In this document: piece by piece, positions 22,647 through 34,770 of the stretch
Numbering within the stretch: position 1 is the stretch's first letter
How the letters are laid out: every line of letters starts with the position of its first letter
Origin: an uncultured Planctomycetota bacterium
Lineage (GTDB): Bacteria; Planctomycetota; Planctomycetia; Isosphaerales; Isosphaeraceae
Assembly: GCA_963845755.1 (NCBI GenBank)
Contig: CAWJTV010000011.1
Location: 864,001 to 928,000 of the forward strand
Reading direction: 5' to 3'
Length of the DNA stretch: 64,000 nucleotides
Made by a program: the position numbers and the translations under genes
The notes under the pieces: model-generated
What the model was told of the DNA's origin: nothing
Seen by the model: the letters and a program-made list of their open reading frames with translations, nothing else
The model's database searches: none

Positions 22647-24379
22647 TTAGTCGGTGTAGAGTTTATTCTCGTCCGGGAGTTTTTCATCCTTGAGGAACTG
22701 GTCCTTCTCGGCCAGGAATTTCTCGAGCGGCGGTCGTTCCTTGAGGCCAATCGCCCGTTGATAAGCGTCCGCCAGAGCCAGGAGCGTGCTCTCATCGTAA
22801 AGGCGGCCTGCCATGAACTGCGGTCGAGGCACGAGGAAGCCCTGGTCTTTCTCGAACTTCTTGGGGAAAACAAGGACCGGATGCCCGGCGAGATTTGTGT
22901 ACAGCCCCAACTCCTCTCCGAGATAGATGTCGATTGTCTGCATCAACTTCTCGAGCCGTTCCATCAAGATCGCCCGCAACCGGCTGAATTTCAGGTAATC
23001 GACCGCCGACAAAAGATGGCCGTACGCCCAATACCTGGGCCAACCGTGGACTCCTTTCGGTTCCCCGCGGCGTGTCAGCTCGTCGAACGTCGCGGCCGAC
23101 TCCATCGCGACAACCGCTTCAATCAACTCGAACGTCAGGCCGTAATCGTCCAACAGTTTCGTCTTTGGAATGGGCACGAGTTTGACGCCGAGCTGCGCAG
23201 GACTCGCAGTTCCTCGCGATCGTCATCTTTGCCGTTTTCCGGGGAGTAGCCCACGCGGATCGTGGAAATGTCGCGAGAGGAGGGCCACACATAGGGGCGA
23301 TCGACGGAAACCGCGTCTCGCGGATCGACGCCGTGGATCGTGGCAAAGACCAATCCGCAGTCGTCGGCGCTGCGACAGATCGGCCCGACCGTATCGAGCG
23401 ACCAACACAATTGCATGCAGCCGTACCGGCTCAGCGCCCGTAGGTTGGACGCATCCCGACGGTGCCGCAGCGCATCGACGGGTGGATAATGCTGCCGCCC
23501 GTATCCGTCGCAATCGAGAAGCCGACAGTCCGGCGGCGATCGCCGAGCCGGAGCCCGATGACGAACCCGCTGCATCCAAGTGCGGGTTCCAGGGACTGCG
23601 GGTCAGGCCGCGGTACCATTGAACTCCGCCTCCTGCGAATGGGTTGGTCGCGAGCTTGGCGATGAGCACGGCCCCCGCATTTTCCAGCCGCTCGGCGACC
23701 GCCGCTTTCACGTTGATGACGCGGTTGCGATACTGCGGGCGCACCAGGTCGTGGGGTAGCCGGGATAGGCAATGATGTCCTTCAGCCCCCACGGAATCCC
23801 GTGCAGCGCCCCACGATCCTTCCCCTCAGCTAGCTCACGGTCAGCTCGCCGCGCCTGTTGGAGCGCGGCCTCGTCCATGAAAGTCACGACGCATTTGAGC
23901 AACGGGTCGTAGCGGCGCAGACGGGCAAGGTAGAGCTTCGTCAGTTCGACGGATGAAATCTTTCGGCTGCGTAACAAGGCCCCGATGTGTCGGATCGAAG
24001 CGAACGCCAAGTCCTCGTCGGAGTTGGGGCGTGCCAGCGTACGCGAAACCGGCATCGGCGATGCCACAACTTGATAACCGCGCGGGTCGGGTCGTGATGC
24101 GGGACTTGTCAACGGCGTAAAGACAAGCCCGGGACGCTGCGAATTGTCAAGTTCGATCGCGCGAATGCGTGTCGTCGATTCTCGATACTGATTTAGATGG
24201 TTGGCTGCCGCTTCGCGCTGGGCCGGAGTGAGCCTGATCCCTGCGACCCACTCGGCGTCCTCAACCATTTGTGGCGAAACCGGTCCTTCGGCCGCCTTCG
24301 CCGTCAACGCCCGCTGAAAGACGCCCGTTCCGATCCCTGCCGCCCCGAGAATTGCAAGCGCTCGTCGCCGCGTGAGCAT
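22647..24379 (-). CDS. Tat-exported amidase (amidase signature family; frameshifted)
   Basis: MLTRRRALAILG Tat signal; LHGIPWGLKD, GAVLIAKL, AAGSSSGSG, TDTGGSIIHP, CGTVGMRPTYGR, SLDTVGPICRS, NLAGHPVL. Confidence 0.85.
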
Positions 24380-24658
24380 GGTTCGGGTCCCTCGAGAGAG
24401 GTGTCAAGGACAGCACAGGCGCCATTGTAGGACGCCATCGGTTGAGCGCCATTGATCATGAGCTGGAATTCGCTGATGTCAAGTAAGCGACCAGCGAGAC
24501 CGCGAGGAAGTAGCCCGCCCACACGGCGGCGAAGACCCCGAGACTGTCCAACCAGAGCCAAGGATCCGTGAAGCTGCCGATCGACCTTCCCGAATGGGCC
24601 ACCTTGAAGATTACGACCATCGCGGTCAGCGGGACGGTTGGGCGCAGGGCATTCTTTA

Positions 24659-26009
24659 GGCGAACGGCAGAAATTAATTTACCTGCAAGACAGGCGTTTT
24701 CGGCTTGATCGTGATGTCATACTTCGGTAACGCCGCCAAACGCTCCAGGCGCGCTTCGTACTCCTTCATCTCCTTGGCCGGAACTCGTACGCCATCGGGA
24801 TACTCGCCATGGAGCCGCTTCACCGTCGGGTGCCGACCCTTCCAGACCATCCGGAGGGCGCATTGCAGCACGACCTTCAGACAGGTCAATAAGACGCCGT
24901 TCCATTTCTTCTCCAACGCCGACCAGCAGCGTTCGATCGGATTGTATTTGCTGTGATAAGGGGGATAGTACACCAAGCGAATCTCCAATCCCGACCCGTC
25001 GGCGAATTCCACCATCCGTTTCAAGAACTGGGTCCGCCGGCCTGAGTTCTTCGGGCCGTTGTTGACGTAGATCACCAAGCGTTTGATATGTCCCAAACCC
25101 GACCGGACCTCCAGCCACCACATCCTCAAGGCATCGACCCAGGCATCGCTGGTCTCGCGCTCGCCAAACAGAAGCATCAACGCGCCCGTTGCCATCATCA
25201 GGACGCCGAAGGGAACCAGTTTCTCCTTGGCGGGCGGATCATGGTCCCATCCCTTGGTCACTTCACCGTCGGCGTCAGTCCGGGTTTTTTCCCCCCCGAG
25301 CGTAATCGCCCAATCCCACCTTGGCTTTGGTATCCATGGAGATCTCCAGAGTTTCCGGATCGGCCCGCGCCTGTTCCCGTACGGTCTTGATGTTGGCGAA
25401 GATCGCGTCGGTTTCTTTGGTCTTCTTCAGCGGTTTGCCCTTCTGAATCCGCTTGAGCCGATAGTTCATCCGATTGAGGATGTCCCGCATCGTGCGGCTC
25501 GCTGGGCAACTCCTCGAGGGCATAGCCTTTGGCGATCAGGGCGTCGCGCACCTCAGCCGCCGACAAGTTGGTGTACCGCCGCGGCGACTTGAGTTCCGGA
25601 TCGGCGTGCGAATGGGGTTCCACGATGGCGCGGATATCGGTCGCCAATTGGGGATCCTTGTCTTCGCTGCGCGGCCGGCCCCGTGCGGCAAAATCCTCCA
25701 GACACCGGAGGCCTTGCCGGGCCTCATGGAGTCCTTTCTCGACCGTCTCGCGCCCCCAGCCGAAACGGCGTTCGGCTTTGCGAGCGCTGCCGTTGCACAA
25801 TTCGGTAGCGACCTCGGCGAGGAACAAGCGGCGCTGGTATCCGGTCAGGCGCTGGCGCCGGAACGAAGCAAGTCATCAACGCAGGCGGCGGACGTGTCCA
25901 TGAGCGTGACCCCCCTCGTGGGACAAGACAATCCTCAAGGAACAGTCTCGCATCCCGCGGGATGGCCGGATACCTCAGTTCTTGGGTAGGATTCCACTTA
26001 CCGATCGCC
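24659..26009 (-). mobile_element. ISAzo13-family insertion sequence (frameshifted transposase ~25901..24674)
   Basis: Short IRs GGCGAACGG / CCGATCGCC. Motifs RKAERRFGWGRETV, EISMDTKAKV, NNGPKNSGRRTQF, YYPPYHSKYNPIERCW. Confidence 0.88.
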
Positions 26010-26160
26010 TAAGGATACGAGTCCGAGGTAAGCTGAAGGTTCGTAATCACCGCTTCCAGCCCGGCCCGGAGACGTTGGCCAGGGAGCATCGAGCGGTGGT
26101 GGCGTCCGTCGACGATCGGCATGAGGCCGTCGCCGGTCGGGCTGGATGCGGAGCCCCGAC

Positions 26161-27398
26161 ATGTCTCAGGAATCCCGCTGCCAGACGACGCATCTCCAGA
26201 TCCTCGCGGGGAACTGCCCCTGGTGCAAAACGGTGATCGGTGCCGAGTCGCCAGCCGATGCCCCCGGGGAACGCCGGTGGGACATCTCCCGCCTGAAAGT
26301 CAACCTGAATCACGCGGACACCGAAGCCCGGATGACCACGATCGGGAATGCGGGATGGTAACTTCCCGACGTGGCCGAAGCCGTGGACGTCCTCCGCATC
26401 GCCCTGAGCAACTCGGAGAAACGGGTTCGGGAAGCGGCGACGACCGCCCTGGTGTCGCTGGATCGCCGGCTCGCCGCCGATGCGATCGACGCGTTGGAAG
26501 TCGCTTCGCTCAAGTGGAGGCATCGGGACGACCTGGCGATTCGCATCGTGCTCCTGGGCCATTACAACGGCAAGCATCGCCGATCGGAGGCGACCCGGGA
26601 GGCACGGCAGGCCCTTGTCCTCTGGATCATCGAACACGCCCCGAGGTCCGTCGTCGCGGGGACCGCGTACGTGACACTATTCCCAGCCGGGGACGGACTG
26701 GCTTACCAGCAGGGAGGACAGCGCTGGATCGCCCTGGTCGAGGATCATCCCGAGGACACGGTGATCCTGGGCAACGCCGCTTGCTTCTTCACTCTGAGCG
26801 ACCAGGACAGAAGCGAGGAACTTTTGAGGCGCGCCCGGGCCTTGGATCCGGAAGACCCTGTCTGGTCGGAGCGGCTCGCGCACCTCTACTGGATGGCGAT
26901 GTTCGGCAAGCGCGGCCAGGCCCGGCGGTTATTGGCGGCGAGGGCCCAGGCCGAGTTGGAGTGGCGCAAGGGTTGTATCAGGACGAGCAGGAACGGCTGG
27001 GACAACTCCACCTCCTGGCCGAGTGCACATTGGAGGCTGGCGATCATGCCAGGGCCGAAGATTATGCCTCGGAATTGCTCTCCAGGGCCGAGACTGAAGA
27101 CAAGAACATCTTCTATGGCCACCAGATCCTGGCGAGGGTGGCTCTCGCCGAAGGGGACGTGGAGCGGGCGAAGTCGCACTTGCTCGCTTCCGCGGAGACG
27201 GCGGACTGCCCCCTGTGGAGCAGCACCTTCCGGAGCATGGCGCTGGCCAAGGACCTGCTCGACCGGGGCGAGCAGGAGACGGTCCGCCGCTTTCTGGAAC
27301 GGTGCGCGTTGTGGTGGCCGGGGAATGCGCAGTGGCTCACCGAGTGCGTCGAGGCGATCGACCGACGTGAGGAGCCCATCTTCTTGTGCTGGGATTGA
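26161..27398 (+). CDS. HEAT/TPR-like helical repeat protein (internal TAA at 26359 and frameshift near 26960; pseudogene or assembly error)
   Basis: ALSNSEKRVREAATTAL (HEAT-like); SEELLRRARALDPEDPVW and HQILARVALAEGDVERAKSHLL (TPR-like). Confidence 0.55.
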
Positions 27399-27536
27399 GC
27401 ATCTGGTCCCTGAGATGTTGGATGCCGGACTTCGTCCGGGACGACGCTCATCCGGACGTGGGAGGTCGGGCAACCGGTCCTTCTTGTTCAAGTCCAACCC
27501 GAAACGACATACCTTCTCTCCGGGGGAGTGACCGCG

Positions 27537-27866
27537 ATGGGTCGAAAGAGTCGCTTCGAGTCGAAGGCACTCCAGTATGCCTTCGACCGCTATGTCGGGA
27601 CCGATCCGGCTCGGATCGAGTCGTTCGAGCAAGAGGTGGTCAACGCCGAACTGGCCAGGAAGGTCTACGACCTGCGAACCGAGGCAGGGCTGACCCAAAA
27701 AGGGCTCGCCGAGCTGGTCGGCACGGCTCCATCCGTGATCAGCCGGCTCGAAGACGCCGATTACGAAGGCCATTCCCTGGCGATGCTCCGACGCATCGCC
27801 GCGGCGCTGGGCAAACGCGTCGAGATTCGCTTCGTGACCGTCAAGCGGGCCACGAAGCGTGCGTGA
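27537..27866 (+). CDS. XRE-family HTH regulator / HigA-like antitoxin
   Basis: LRTEAGLTQKGLAELVGTAPSVISRLEDADYEGHSLAMLRRIAAALG. Confidence 0.85.
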   Translation: MGRKSRFESKALQYAFDRYVGTDPARIESFEQEVVNAELARKVYDLRTEAGLTQKGLAELVGTAPSVISRLEDADYEGHSLAMLRRIAAALGKRVEIRFVTVKRATKRA

Positions 27867-28203
27867 GCAACAGCGACCCACTTCGGTTGGCCCAGCCGCC
27901 GAGTCGTCCGAATCGCATGATGATCTATCAGGAACCGATAATCATTGTTTCGCCTGAACGACTGGTTCCCACCATCGAACTCGACTTCGTCTGCAAAAAG
28001 GAAAATGCCGAAGTCGCCGCCCGACGCATTCCGATCGGACGCACCGGCCTCAAGGGCCAGTGCGACCTCGGCGGACGTCCCAACGATTCTCGCCGCCGAA
28101 TGGGCTGGATGCGAATGGAACGGATGGATACGATGGATGGCTACTGTACATCACGCCCAAGACCGGCCACCGAGCTTCCGTTCGATTCCCAAGGGGAGCG
28201 TCC

Positions 28204-28653
28204 ATGACCGATGCCGAGCTGCGGATCTTCGCATTCCTCACGACCTCCGATGCCACTCGGCCCGCCGATCTCCCCGATTGGTTGCTCGCCGTCCTCGAAG
28301 GCGACCGCCCGGACGAGCTCAGCCACGAGCTGATCACCGCCGCCTCGCTCATCTATGCCCGCCGCCTGCACCCGGGGATCAGCCTCGACGACGCCCGGGA
28401 CCTAATCGCCGGATACGCCGCCGACCCGGCGCGACTCGAAGAGCTCTCCGGTCGGATCACGGCGTTCCGGCTGGCTTGCTGCTTCGAGCGGCTCAAGCGT
28501 TCGGGGCGGTTCGAGGACGTCTTCATCGACGACCCGTTCGATCCCGACGGCGCCGTGTCGGTGAAGCTGACCGAGGCGGAATGGCGGTCCGCCAACCGGG
28601 CGTCACATCCTCGGGACGCGTCGCACGGTCAGGACGACTTCAGCCGGAATTAG
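28204..28653 (+). CDS. Hypothetical protein
   Basis: ATG after GGGGAG RBS; high-GC3 codon pattern. Confidence 0.6.
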   Translation: MTDAELRIFAFLTTSDATRPADLPDWLLAVLEGDRPDELSHELITAASLIYARRLHPGISLDDARDLIAGYAADPARLEELSGRITAFRLACCFERLKRSGRFEDVFIDDPFDPDGAVSVKLTEAEWRSANRASHPRDASHGQDDFSRN

Positions 28654-28695
28654 CCTCGTCTCGCGATGATGTCCGTTTCGTCCGGAGAACCATTC

Positions 28696-29403
28696 ATGAC
28701 CGCAGAAGAGATCCTTGATGAACTCAGGGCGCTCGGGGCGGAAAGCATCAAGAAGGTGCTTCGCAATCACGGCGTGCAGGAACCGTTCTTCGGCGTGAAG
28801 ATCGGGGACATGAAACCGATCCAGAAGCGAATCAAGAAAGACTATCAACTCGCGCTCGATCTGTACGACACCGGGAATTACGACGCCATGTATCTGGCCG
28901 GGCTGGTCGCCGACGATGCCAGGATGACCAGGAAGGATCTCAATCGCTGGGTGAAAACGGCCAAGGGAGGGTGTCTCGCATCGGCCACAGTCCCGTGGGT
29001 CGCGGCGGGAAGTCCTCACGGGTACGAGATCGCCCTGGAGTGGATCGAATCCCAGGAAGACCACGTGGCTGCTGCCGGGTGGGCGACTCTGTGCAGCCTG
29101 GTGGCCCTGAAGGATGACGACGATCTCGATCTGGCCGGGCTGAAACGACTCCTCCGGCGCGTGCAGGAGACGATCCATCAGCAGCCGGATTCCGTTCGCC
29201 AGGCCATGAACGGCTTCTTGATCGCAATGGGCACGTACGTGAAGGGACTCAGCGACCTGGCTGCGCAGGCGGCGGAGAAGGTCGGCCCGGTTTCGGTCGA
29301 CATGGGTAACACGGCCTGCAAGGTACCCGACGCGGTGGAGTCTATCCATAAGGCCCGCGAGAGGGGAGCGATCGGTAAGAAACGCAAGACGGTGAAATGC
29401 TGA
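28696..29403 (+). CDS. DNA alkylation repair protein (AlkD-like HEAT family)
   Basis: FGVKIGDMKPIQKRIKKDYQLALDLYDTGNYDAMYLAGL...VDMGNTACKVPDA. Confidence 0.85.
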   Translation: MTAEEILDELRALGAESIKKVLRNHGVQEPFFGVKIGDMKPIQKRIKKDYQLALDLYDTGNYDAMYLAGLVADDARMTRKDLNRWVKTAKGGCLASATVPWVAAGSPHGYEIALEWIESQEDHVAAAGWATLCSLVALKDDDDLDLAGLKRLLRRVQETIHQQPDSVRQAMNGFLIAMGTYVKGLSDLAAQAAEKVGPVSVDMGNTACKVPDAVESIHKARERGAIGKKRKTVKC

Positions 29404-29512
29404 ACGAGGGAATGGTTGCTGAGATCGACTGGGGATGTCGATTCCGATAGGGTTATGTTCCGCCAGGATTCCCGGGAGGACCGTCTTCGCTGCGGCCACG
29501 GAGGGATGGCTC

Positions 29513-29983
29513 ATGATCATCCGCATTCCCCTGTTCCCGATTGAGTTCGAGTTCATCGCCCGGAGGCGGACACGGCCATTTCGCATCCGATTGAGAACCC
29601 TCCTGATCGCCACGGCGGTTGTGGCGGTGATCATCTACCTGTTCTTGCCACTCTCCCCGGCCGATCGTCGGTTGAGGGCCAGTTACGAACACCTGGGCGC
29701 GCATGTCCTGAATTCGGGAATGACCAAGGGACAGATCATTGAGCAAATTGGCCCACCTGCCGCGGCCGATATCCCGTCAACGCCGAACCATGCCACCGGC
29801 TATACCTGGGTGGCATCGTTCGAGACACCCTTGAGGTATCAACGCTTTGAACTCAGGCTCTCTTTCAACTCGGCCAGCGATGATGATGAGGTGACTGCCG
29901 TCGGCATGGACACAACGGATTACCAGGGCCTTGAGTTGATGTGGTATCGAGTTATGGGTATCTTGGCTCGATTTTCATCATGA
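29513..29983 (+). CDS. Hypothetical membrane-anchored protein
   Basis: RFRLRTLL-type planctomycete leader + TM segment; GMTKGQIIEQIGPP (BamE/SmpA-like). Confidence 0.6.
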   Translation: MIIRIPLFPIEFEFIARRRTRPFRIRLRTLLIATAVVAVIIYLFLPLSPADRRLRASYEHLGAHVLNSGMTKGQIIEQIGPPAAADIPSTPNHATGYTWVASFETPLRYQRFELRLSFNSASDDDEVTAVGMDTTDYQGLELMWYRVMGILARFSS

Positions 29984-30002
29984 TCGTATAACTCCGCGGA
30001 TT

Positions 30003-30285
30003 CGGAGACTGTCGCACGGACATCGGGCATGGGGATTCCGCCCCGAGGAACGCTGACGAAACAACCTCACGATTTCCCCTCGTTCCCATGCTCCGCGTGG
30101 GAATGCCGTCCGGGACGCTCCGCGTCCCACGGGCGGGGCCGAAGGCCGCGACGCAGAGCGTCGAAGAAGGCATTCCCACGCAGAGCGTCGGAACGAGTTA
30201 GGGCTGGTCCGATTCCGGGAAGTTGTTTCGTCAGCGTTCCTCGGGGCGACAGACAACGATGCCGTTTTCGTTGCGACAGTCTCCG
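30003..30285. repeat. Nested inverted-repeat structure (outer IR plus inner REP-like element 30079-30197)
   Basis: Perfect 27-nt IR 30039-30065/30222-30248 and 14-nt IR 30003-30016/30272-30285. Inner CTCGTTCCCA...GGAACGAG element. Confidence 0.85.
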
Positions 30286-30330
30286 GATTCGATATCATTG
30301 CAGGCACACGCCGGGCCGGCAAGAGTTCGG

Positions 30331-31153
30331 TCACGCCTCGAACATGTGGTTTACGTCCTGATAGCTGACGGCGTCACTTGCGAAGGTGAACGTGCCGAGT
30401 TCGCGCATTTCCCGGGCGGCGCGAAGGAACGCACCCAGTGCGGCCCGACTGAGCGCACTGCCGACGCTGATCCGCTTCACGCCGAGCTTCGAAAGGTCCG
30501 CGAGGCTCAACGGAACGCCGCGCAGGCCCATCACGACATTCACCGGGCGATCCACGGAACGGACCACCGCCGCGATGTCTTCCTGCGTTCGCGAGGCCCG
30601 GCGCATACAGGACGTCCGCCCCGGCGTCCTGATACGCTTGCAGGCGCTGGATGGTGTCCTTGAGGTCGGGCCGTCCCCAGAGGTAGTTTTCCGCACGCCC
30701 CGTGAGCGTGAACGACCATGGCAGCGCCCGCGCCGCCTCCGACGCGGCGCGGACCCGCTCCACCGCGGCGCCGAGTTCGTAGATCGGATCCTCGGGGCGA
30801 TTGGTCGTGTCTTCGATCGAGCCGCCGACGACTCCGGCCGCGGCGGCCAGTCGGATCGTCTCCGCGACGGATTCGAGGGTGTCACCGTAGCCGTTCTCGA
30901 GGTCGGCACTGACCGGCAAATCGGTGGCTGACGCGATCGCACCGACGTGGGAGATCATCTCATCCCGACCGACCTTGTAGTCTCGCTTTCCGGCGGAGAA
31001 GGCGTAGCCGGCGCTCGTGGTCGCCAGCGCCTTGAAGCCGAGATGAGCCAGCAGCCGTGCCGTGCCGACATCCCACGGATTGGGGATAATGAAAGCGCCG
31101 TCGGCCTCGTGGAGCGCACGAAAAACTCGTCCCTTTTCCGATTGCGTCATCAT
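30331..31153 (-). CDS. Isocitrate lyase/PEP mutase family protein (frameshift near 30590)
   Basis: IIPNPWDVGTARLL, ATTSAG, PVSADLENGYG, GSIED, AGADVLYAPGL, GVKRISVGSAL. Confidence 0.9.
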
Positions 31154-31388
31154 GCCCGTTCACCGGTAGCGAGAAGTGTCGATGGTGGATGGAACGCTCC
31201 CTCGCCGACTTCCACGAGGATTCTTTCTTCGCCGATGATAGGGCGGTTGGTCACCCGTCGCAATGTGGGATTCCCGCGATCCGTGAACACTGGTAACCGC
31301 CGGGCGGCGCCGGATCAGGTGATGGCAGCAGGTAGGCCGCGGGCCGGCAATGGGTCCCGCCAGGCGTGAGGAGTTCCTCGATGGGAGG

Positions 31389-32467
31389 TCAGGGTTTGAC
31401 GATCTCGAGCGCCTCATCCTTCCCGGCGAGGTTCTCGGGATCGATCATGTGAAGGAGCGTTGCCGCGGCGAGGCGAACGTTGGCGTCCTTGTGTTCGAGT
31501 TGTCGCGCCAGTTCCCTGCCGCATCGTCGTAGCGCCAACGGCGTGGGCGATCCCGCGGGGAACGTGGCAGCAACGATCCCCGCGGTCCCGAACTCCGCCG
31601 ATCCGGCCGAATAAAACGCCGTGAGGGCGTTCTGCCGTTCCGTCAGTGAGAGAGTCGGATCGGAGGCAACTTTCTCCAGGATCGTGACGATCTGGGTGCT
31701 GGGATTCGCGTCGGTGTCGAACGCCTGCATCGCGGCCAGAGCGGCGCTGTACCGCACGGCGGGGTCGTCGGCCTTCAGCAAGACATCGAGGGCCGGCAGG
31801 ATGCGTGCGGCGCCGGCTCCGAGGGCCGAGACGCAGCTCACCGCATCGCTGCGCACCGCTCCGTCCTTGTTCGCGAGCAGGCTTGCGAGCGCCCGGGCGG
31901 CCGCGTCCTGACCTGGCTCGCCGGCAAACTGCATGACCTCGATGACGGACTTACGGTCCGGTATCGGCTCCGGGTCGGCAACCACTCGGGCGAGCCCGCG
32001 GAGGGCCGGCGCCTGGAAGTCGCCGCCGACTCTCAGAAGGGCCCGCGCGGCGGCGATCCGCACCTCGAGATCGTCGTCCTTCAGCGCCGCGGTCAGTTCG
32101 TCGGCCGCCGGACGAGCTAACGTCCCGAGAAGTCCCAGAGACTCAGCCGACGCCGCGCGCACTAACGTGTCCGGATCGCGAATCGCTCCGCGAGCGCCGC
32201 CAGCGCCGGCACATAGGACCCTCTCGGAGCCAATCCCTGCAACGTCTGCCCGAGCGAGTGAATCGCCGTGATACGGCTCACTTGATCGCCCGACGTCACC
32301 AAAGGGACGAGAGCGGCCACCTTTGCCTCCAGGTTGACCTGGGGCGTCCCCGGCTCACCGGCGTACCACATCTTGAGCCGCACCAGGCCGACGTAGAGCA
32401 CGACGCACACCCCGACGATCAGGGTGCCGTAGAGGAGAGGCCCGAACGTCTTTCGCGGGTGGGCCAT
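31389..32467 (-). CDS. Membrane-anchored HEAT repeat protein (frameshift near 32185)
   Basis: N-terminal TM segment; repeated LKDDDLEVRIAAARAL / LKADDPAVRYSAALA / HKDANVRLAAATLL. Confidence 0.75.
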
Positions 32468-32832
32468 GAGCGACCTTCCTCGAGAGGTCCGCCATCGGCA
32501 ACCTTGGTGGTGCGCCTCGAAACCTTGACTCATCCTACTACTGTTGTCCCCGGCTTTCAACCTCTCGTGATTCTGCGGCCGGGAGCCCGAGAAACCCTCG
32601 GTGGCTTTGCGGCTGCCGAGGGATGCGATACGGCGAATCGGCCAACCGCAACAAAACGATTGCCTGGCGTCGCTTTGACCGAGACGCCCGCCATTGCCCG
32701 CGGTAGCATGTCGGTTGCGCGACAAGATGGGTTCGACGTGGCGAGGGACCTGAAAAGGCACACTTCGCACAGGCGAGAACAGGTCTGTCATTCATTCCGT
32801 CCCCATTTTCTTTTCTCCGCCAGAGGATCGAA

Positions 32833-34770
32833 ATGTGCGGCATTCTGGGGATCTATTCGCCGACGGGTGCGGTCGCCTCCGAAGAGCTGGAGCGCGCCAC
32901 CCGGCGTTTGACCCACCGCGGCCCGGATGGTCAACGCACCTGGCTGGACCCCGACCATCGCGTTGGCCTGGGCCACGCACGGCTGAGCATCATCGACCTG
33001 GCGACCGGGGACCAGCCGATCGCCAGCGAGGACGGGCGGCTGCAGATCGTGGTCAACGGTGAGTTCTACGACTTCGAGCGCATCCAGGAGGATCTGAGGA
33101 GGCGCGGCCATCGGCTCCGGACCCGATCGGACAGTGAGATCGCGCTGCACCTGTACGAGGAGCGCGGGACCGGCTGCCTGGAGGAGCTCCGGGGCGAATT
33201 CGCCTTCCTGCTTTGGGACGGCGGCACGGACCGGCTCTTCGCGGCGCGGGACCGATTCGGGATCAAGCCGCTGTATTACGCCTGGCGGGGCGATGTGCTC
33301 GTTCTGGCCTCAGAGGCCAAGGCGCTCTTCGCGGCCGGCGTCCCGGCTCGATGGGACCGCGCCACCTTCTTCCGGGCCGTCCATCATCAGGCGCCGCCGC
33401 AGGACCGCACGCTGTTCGAGGGCGTGCGTCAGGTCCCGCCGGGGCACTACCTGATCGCCTCGGCCGGTGAGGTCCGGCTGGTCCGCTACTGGGATTTCGA
33501 CTATCCCGCGGCCGGCCGGGCCGGCTCGGCGCGCCCGGATGCCGAGCATGCCGAGGAGTTCCGGCGGGCGCTTGATGAGGCGGTCCGCCTCCGGCTCCGC
33601 GCCGATGTGCCGGTCGGCTGCTACCTGAGCGGCGGGCTCGACTCGTGCGCCGTGCTGGGACTGGCGGCCAGCCATCGATCCGATCCGATCCGGGCGTTCA
33701 CCCTGAGCTTCGATCGGCCGGAGTACGACGAGACGGCGATCGCGCGGGAGATGGCCGATCGCGCGAATGCCGAGTTCCACCCGATCCCGATCACGCAAAC
33801 GGACCTGGCCGACCACTTCGCCGAGGCGGTCGCCCACGCCGAGACGCTCGCGATCAACGCGCACGGGGTGGCCAAGTATCTGCTCAGCCGCGCCGTGCGA
33901 GATGCCGGCTACAAGGTGGTCCTCACGGGGGAGGGGGCTGATGAGATCCTGGCCGGCTACCCCCATTTCCGCCGCGATCTCTGGCTCTATGACCAAGAAG
34001 CTACCGGCCGCGATGTGGGGTCTGCCCAGGCGCTCCTCGATGAGCTCCAGGTGCGCAACCCGGTCTCGCGCGGCCTCCTGCTGCCCGACGGCGAGGGGGC
34101 CTCGCTGGAGAGCCTCCGCGCCGCGCTGGGCTTCACGCCGTCCTGGCTGGAGACCAGCGCGACCCAGGCCCACAAGCTCCGCGCCTTGTTCTCGCCCGAG
34201 TTCACGGCCGAGTTCGACGGCCACGACGCCTACCGCGAGCTGCTCGAGGGCCTGGACGTGCCCGGGCAGCTCGCCGGCCGAGCGCCCGTGAATCAGTCGC
34301 TCTACTTGTGGTCCAAGGTCATGCTGCCGAATTATGTGCTGGCGTTCCTGGGCGACCGCATGGAGATGGCCCACTCCATCGAGGGTCGGCTGCCGTTCCT
34401 GGACCACCACGTGGTGGAGCTGGCCCGGGGCCTGCCGATGGACCAGAAGATCCGAGGAACGGTCGAGAAATACGTGTTGCGCGAGGCCGCCCGTCCGGTC
34501 TTGACGGCGACGGTCTACGCCCGGCAAAAACATCCGTTCACGACGCCCCCCGCCGCCCTGTCCCCCGACGGCCGGTTGTACCAGCTCATCCAGGATACGC
34601 TGCGCGGGCCGGCCCTGGAGTCGCTGCCGTTCTTCGATCGATCGCGGGTCGTGGCGCTGCTCGATCAGCTCCCGGCGATGGACGACGGCGGCCGGACCGC
34701 CTTCGACATGCCGCTGATGGTCCTTTTGAGCGCTTGCGTGATCCACGAACGGATCGTTTCGCCGGTCTGA
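32833..34770 (+). CDS. asnB: Asparagine synthase (glutamine-hydrolysing)
   Basis: MCGI N-terminal Cys, HRGPDG, LGHARLSIIDL, RDRFGIKPLYY, LSGGLDS, TGEGADE, EGRLPFLDH. Confidence 0.93.
   Translation: MCGILGIYSPTGAVASEELERATRRLTHRGPDGQRTWLDPDHRVGLGHARLSIIDLATGDQPIASEDGRLQIVVNGEFYDFERIQEDLRRRGHRLRTRSDSEIALHLYEERGTGCLEELRGEFAFLLWDGGTDRLFAARDRFGIKPLYYAWRGDVLVLASEAKALFAAGVPARWDRATFFRAVHHQAPPQDRTLFEGVRQVPPGHYLIASAGEVRLVRYWDFDYPAAGRAGSARPDAEHAEEFRRALDEAVRLRLRADVPVGCYLSGGLDSCAVLGLAASHRSDPIRAFTLSFDRPEYDETAIAREMADRANAEFHPIPITQTDLADHFAEAVAHAETLAINAHGVAKYLLSRAVRDAGYKVVLTGEGADEILAGYPHFRRDLWLYDQEATGRDVGSAQALLDELQVRNPVSRGLLLPDGEGASLESLRAALGFTPSWLETSATQAHKLRALFSPEFTAEFDGHDAYRELLEGLDVPGQLAGRAPVNQSLYLWSKVMLPNYVLAFLGDRMEMAHSIEGRLPFLDHHVVELARGLPMDQKIRGTVEKYVLREAARPVLTATVYARQKHPFTTPPAALSPDGRLYQLIQDTLRGPALESLPFFDRSRVVALLDQLPAMDDGGRTAFDMPLMVLLSACVIHERIVSPV

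Noticed and set aside
32833..34770. asnB as a lasso-peptide cyclase
   Set aside because: The glutaminase N-terminus (MCGI) is intact, and I saw no B1/B2 peptidase or precursor peptide nearby.
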